Shown here piece after piece: positions 63,393 to 64,000 of a stretch of 64,000 nt of DNA. Each line of letters starts with the position of its first letter. Within the stretch, counting starts at the first letter, position 1. Source of the DNA: Lingula anatina (taxonomy: Eukaryota > Animalia > Brachiopoda); assembly GCA_051362555.1 (NCBI GenBank), contig CM120649.1:11036001-11100000 (forward strand). The letters are read 5' to 3'. Below the pieces are notes generated by a model. That model was not told where the DNA came from, made no database searches, and was given only the letters and a program-made list of their open reading frames with translations. The translations under genes and the position numbers were made by a program.

Positions 63393-64000
63393 ATTTGAAC
63401 TCAGATAAAGAGAAAATGTTCGAGCTTTCGTAATAAGAAAGGATTCCTTGTCTGTTATCCGGAAAATATGATTCTTATTGACTCAGAAGTGCACAAAAAT
63501 TTGAAACAAACCGGGGTTTAAAACGTGGAGACTGCATTCGTATTTCTGAAAAGAAGGCAAATATATGAAAATTCTTCAAAACTAGTAATGAAAAATTACA
63601 AAAAAAAAAACCTTTTCATTCTATCTAAGAAACTCTCTCTCCATTCACACATCCGGGCACGCACACACACATACAGGGTTGCTACTTAATATGGAATATT
63701 TTTTATCATTGTTATTTTTGAGTGCTAATCAAAATTTTTTGGGCTTGAGTCATTAAAAAAGTATGTCACTGAGTGATAATAACATCCAGTCTTCTGTTGT
63801 GAGATATTTTGGTCAATTATATCAAATCTGACATAAGATGCCAGTCAAAAGAAAGGAACACCCCCAGAAAACCATATCAACAGTTTGATGTCAGTATAAA
63901 CCTTAAGATAAGATATTAAAGAAAATGATAGCCTCCGGACAGTGATATGTTACACAGTCAAAGAACTCACTACAGTAAATCATGAAAAGTCAGTAATTGC

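Larger units (their letters stand above)
60917..63652 (+). repeat. ~2.7 kb segmental duplication, copy 2
   Basis: Direct repeat of 19461-21970 with extra MITE sequence. Confidence 0.92.

Overview
AT-rich, intron-containing animal genomic DNA. It is most likely a marine invertebrate such as a mollusc; this is an inference from the repeat types and the abundant TACATGTA motif. Three spliced + strand genes were reconstructed by hand with GT-AG junctions and continuous frames. Two are adjacent, diverged paralogues (7306-11888, ~376 aa; 16220-18904, ~501 aa). They share an acidic disordered N-terminus with DSGxxS motifs (the second also has a TRAF-type PxQxT), a single-exon TRADD-N-like domain, and an unrecognised Trp/Cys-rich C-terminal domain with identical exon sizes. 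The third is an intact phospholipid scramblase gene (49787-60052, 257 aa). Between them lies a four-unit tandem array (22011-48649). Each unit repeats a promoter-like segment plus splice donor, and the same ~0.7 kb element sits at every unit junction. Mobile elements include a decayed Gmr1-type Gypsy element (integrase before RT) with its 3' LTR, a Penelope element with inverted termini and a hammerhead-like core, Tc1/mariner relics, L1/Tx1 and CR1/L2-type LINE pieces, a tRNA-derived SINE, a Helentron-type HINE and many MITEs. Several insertions can be verified against empty paralogous sites inside the window. A ~2.5 kb block at 19461-21970 recurs at 60917-63652. All domain names come from motif recognition, not from database searches.
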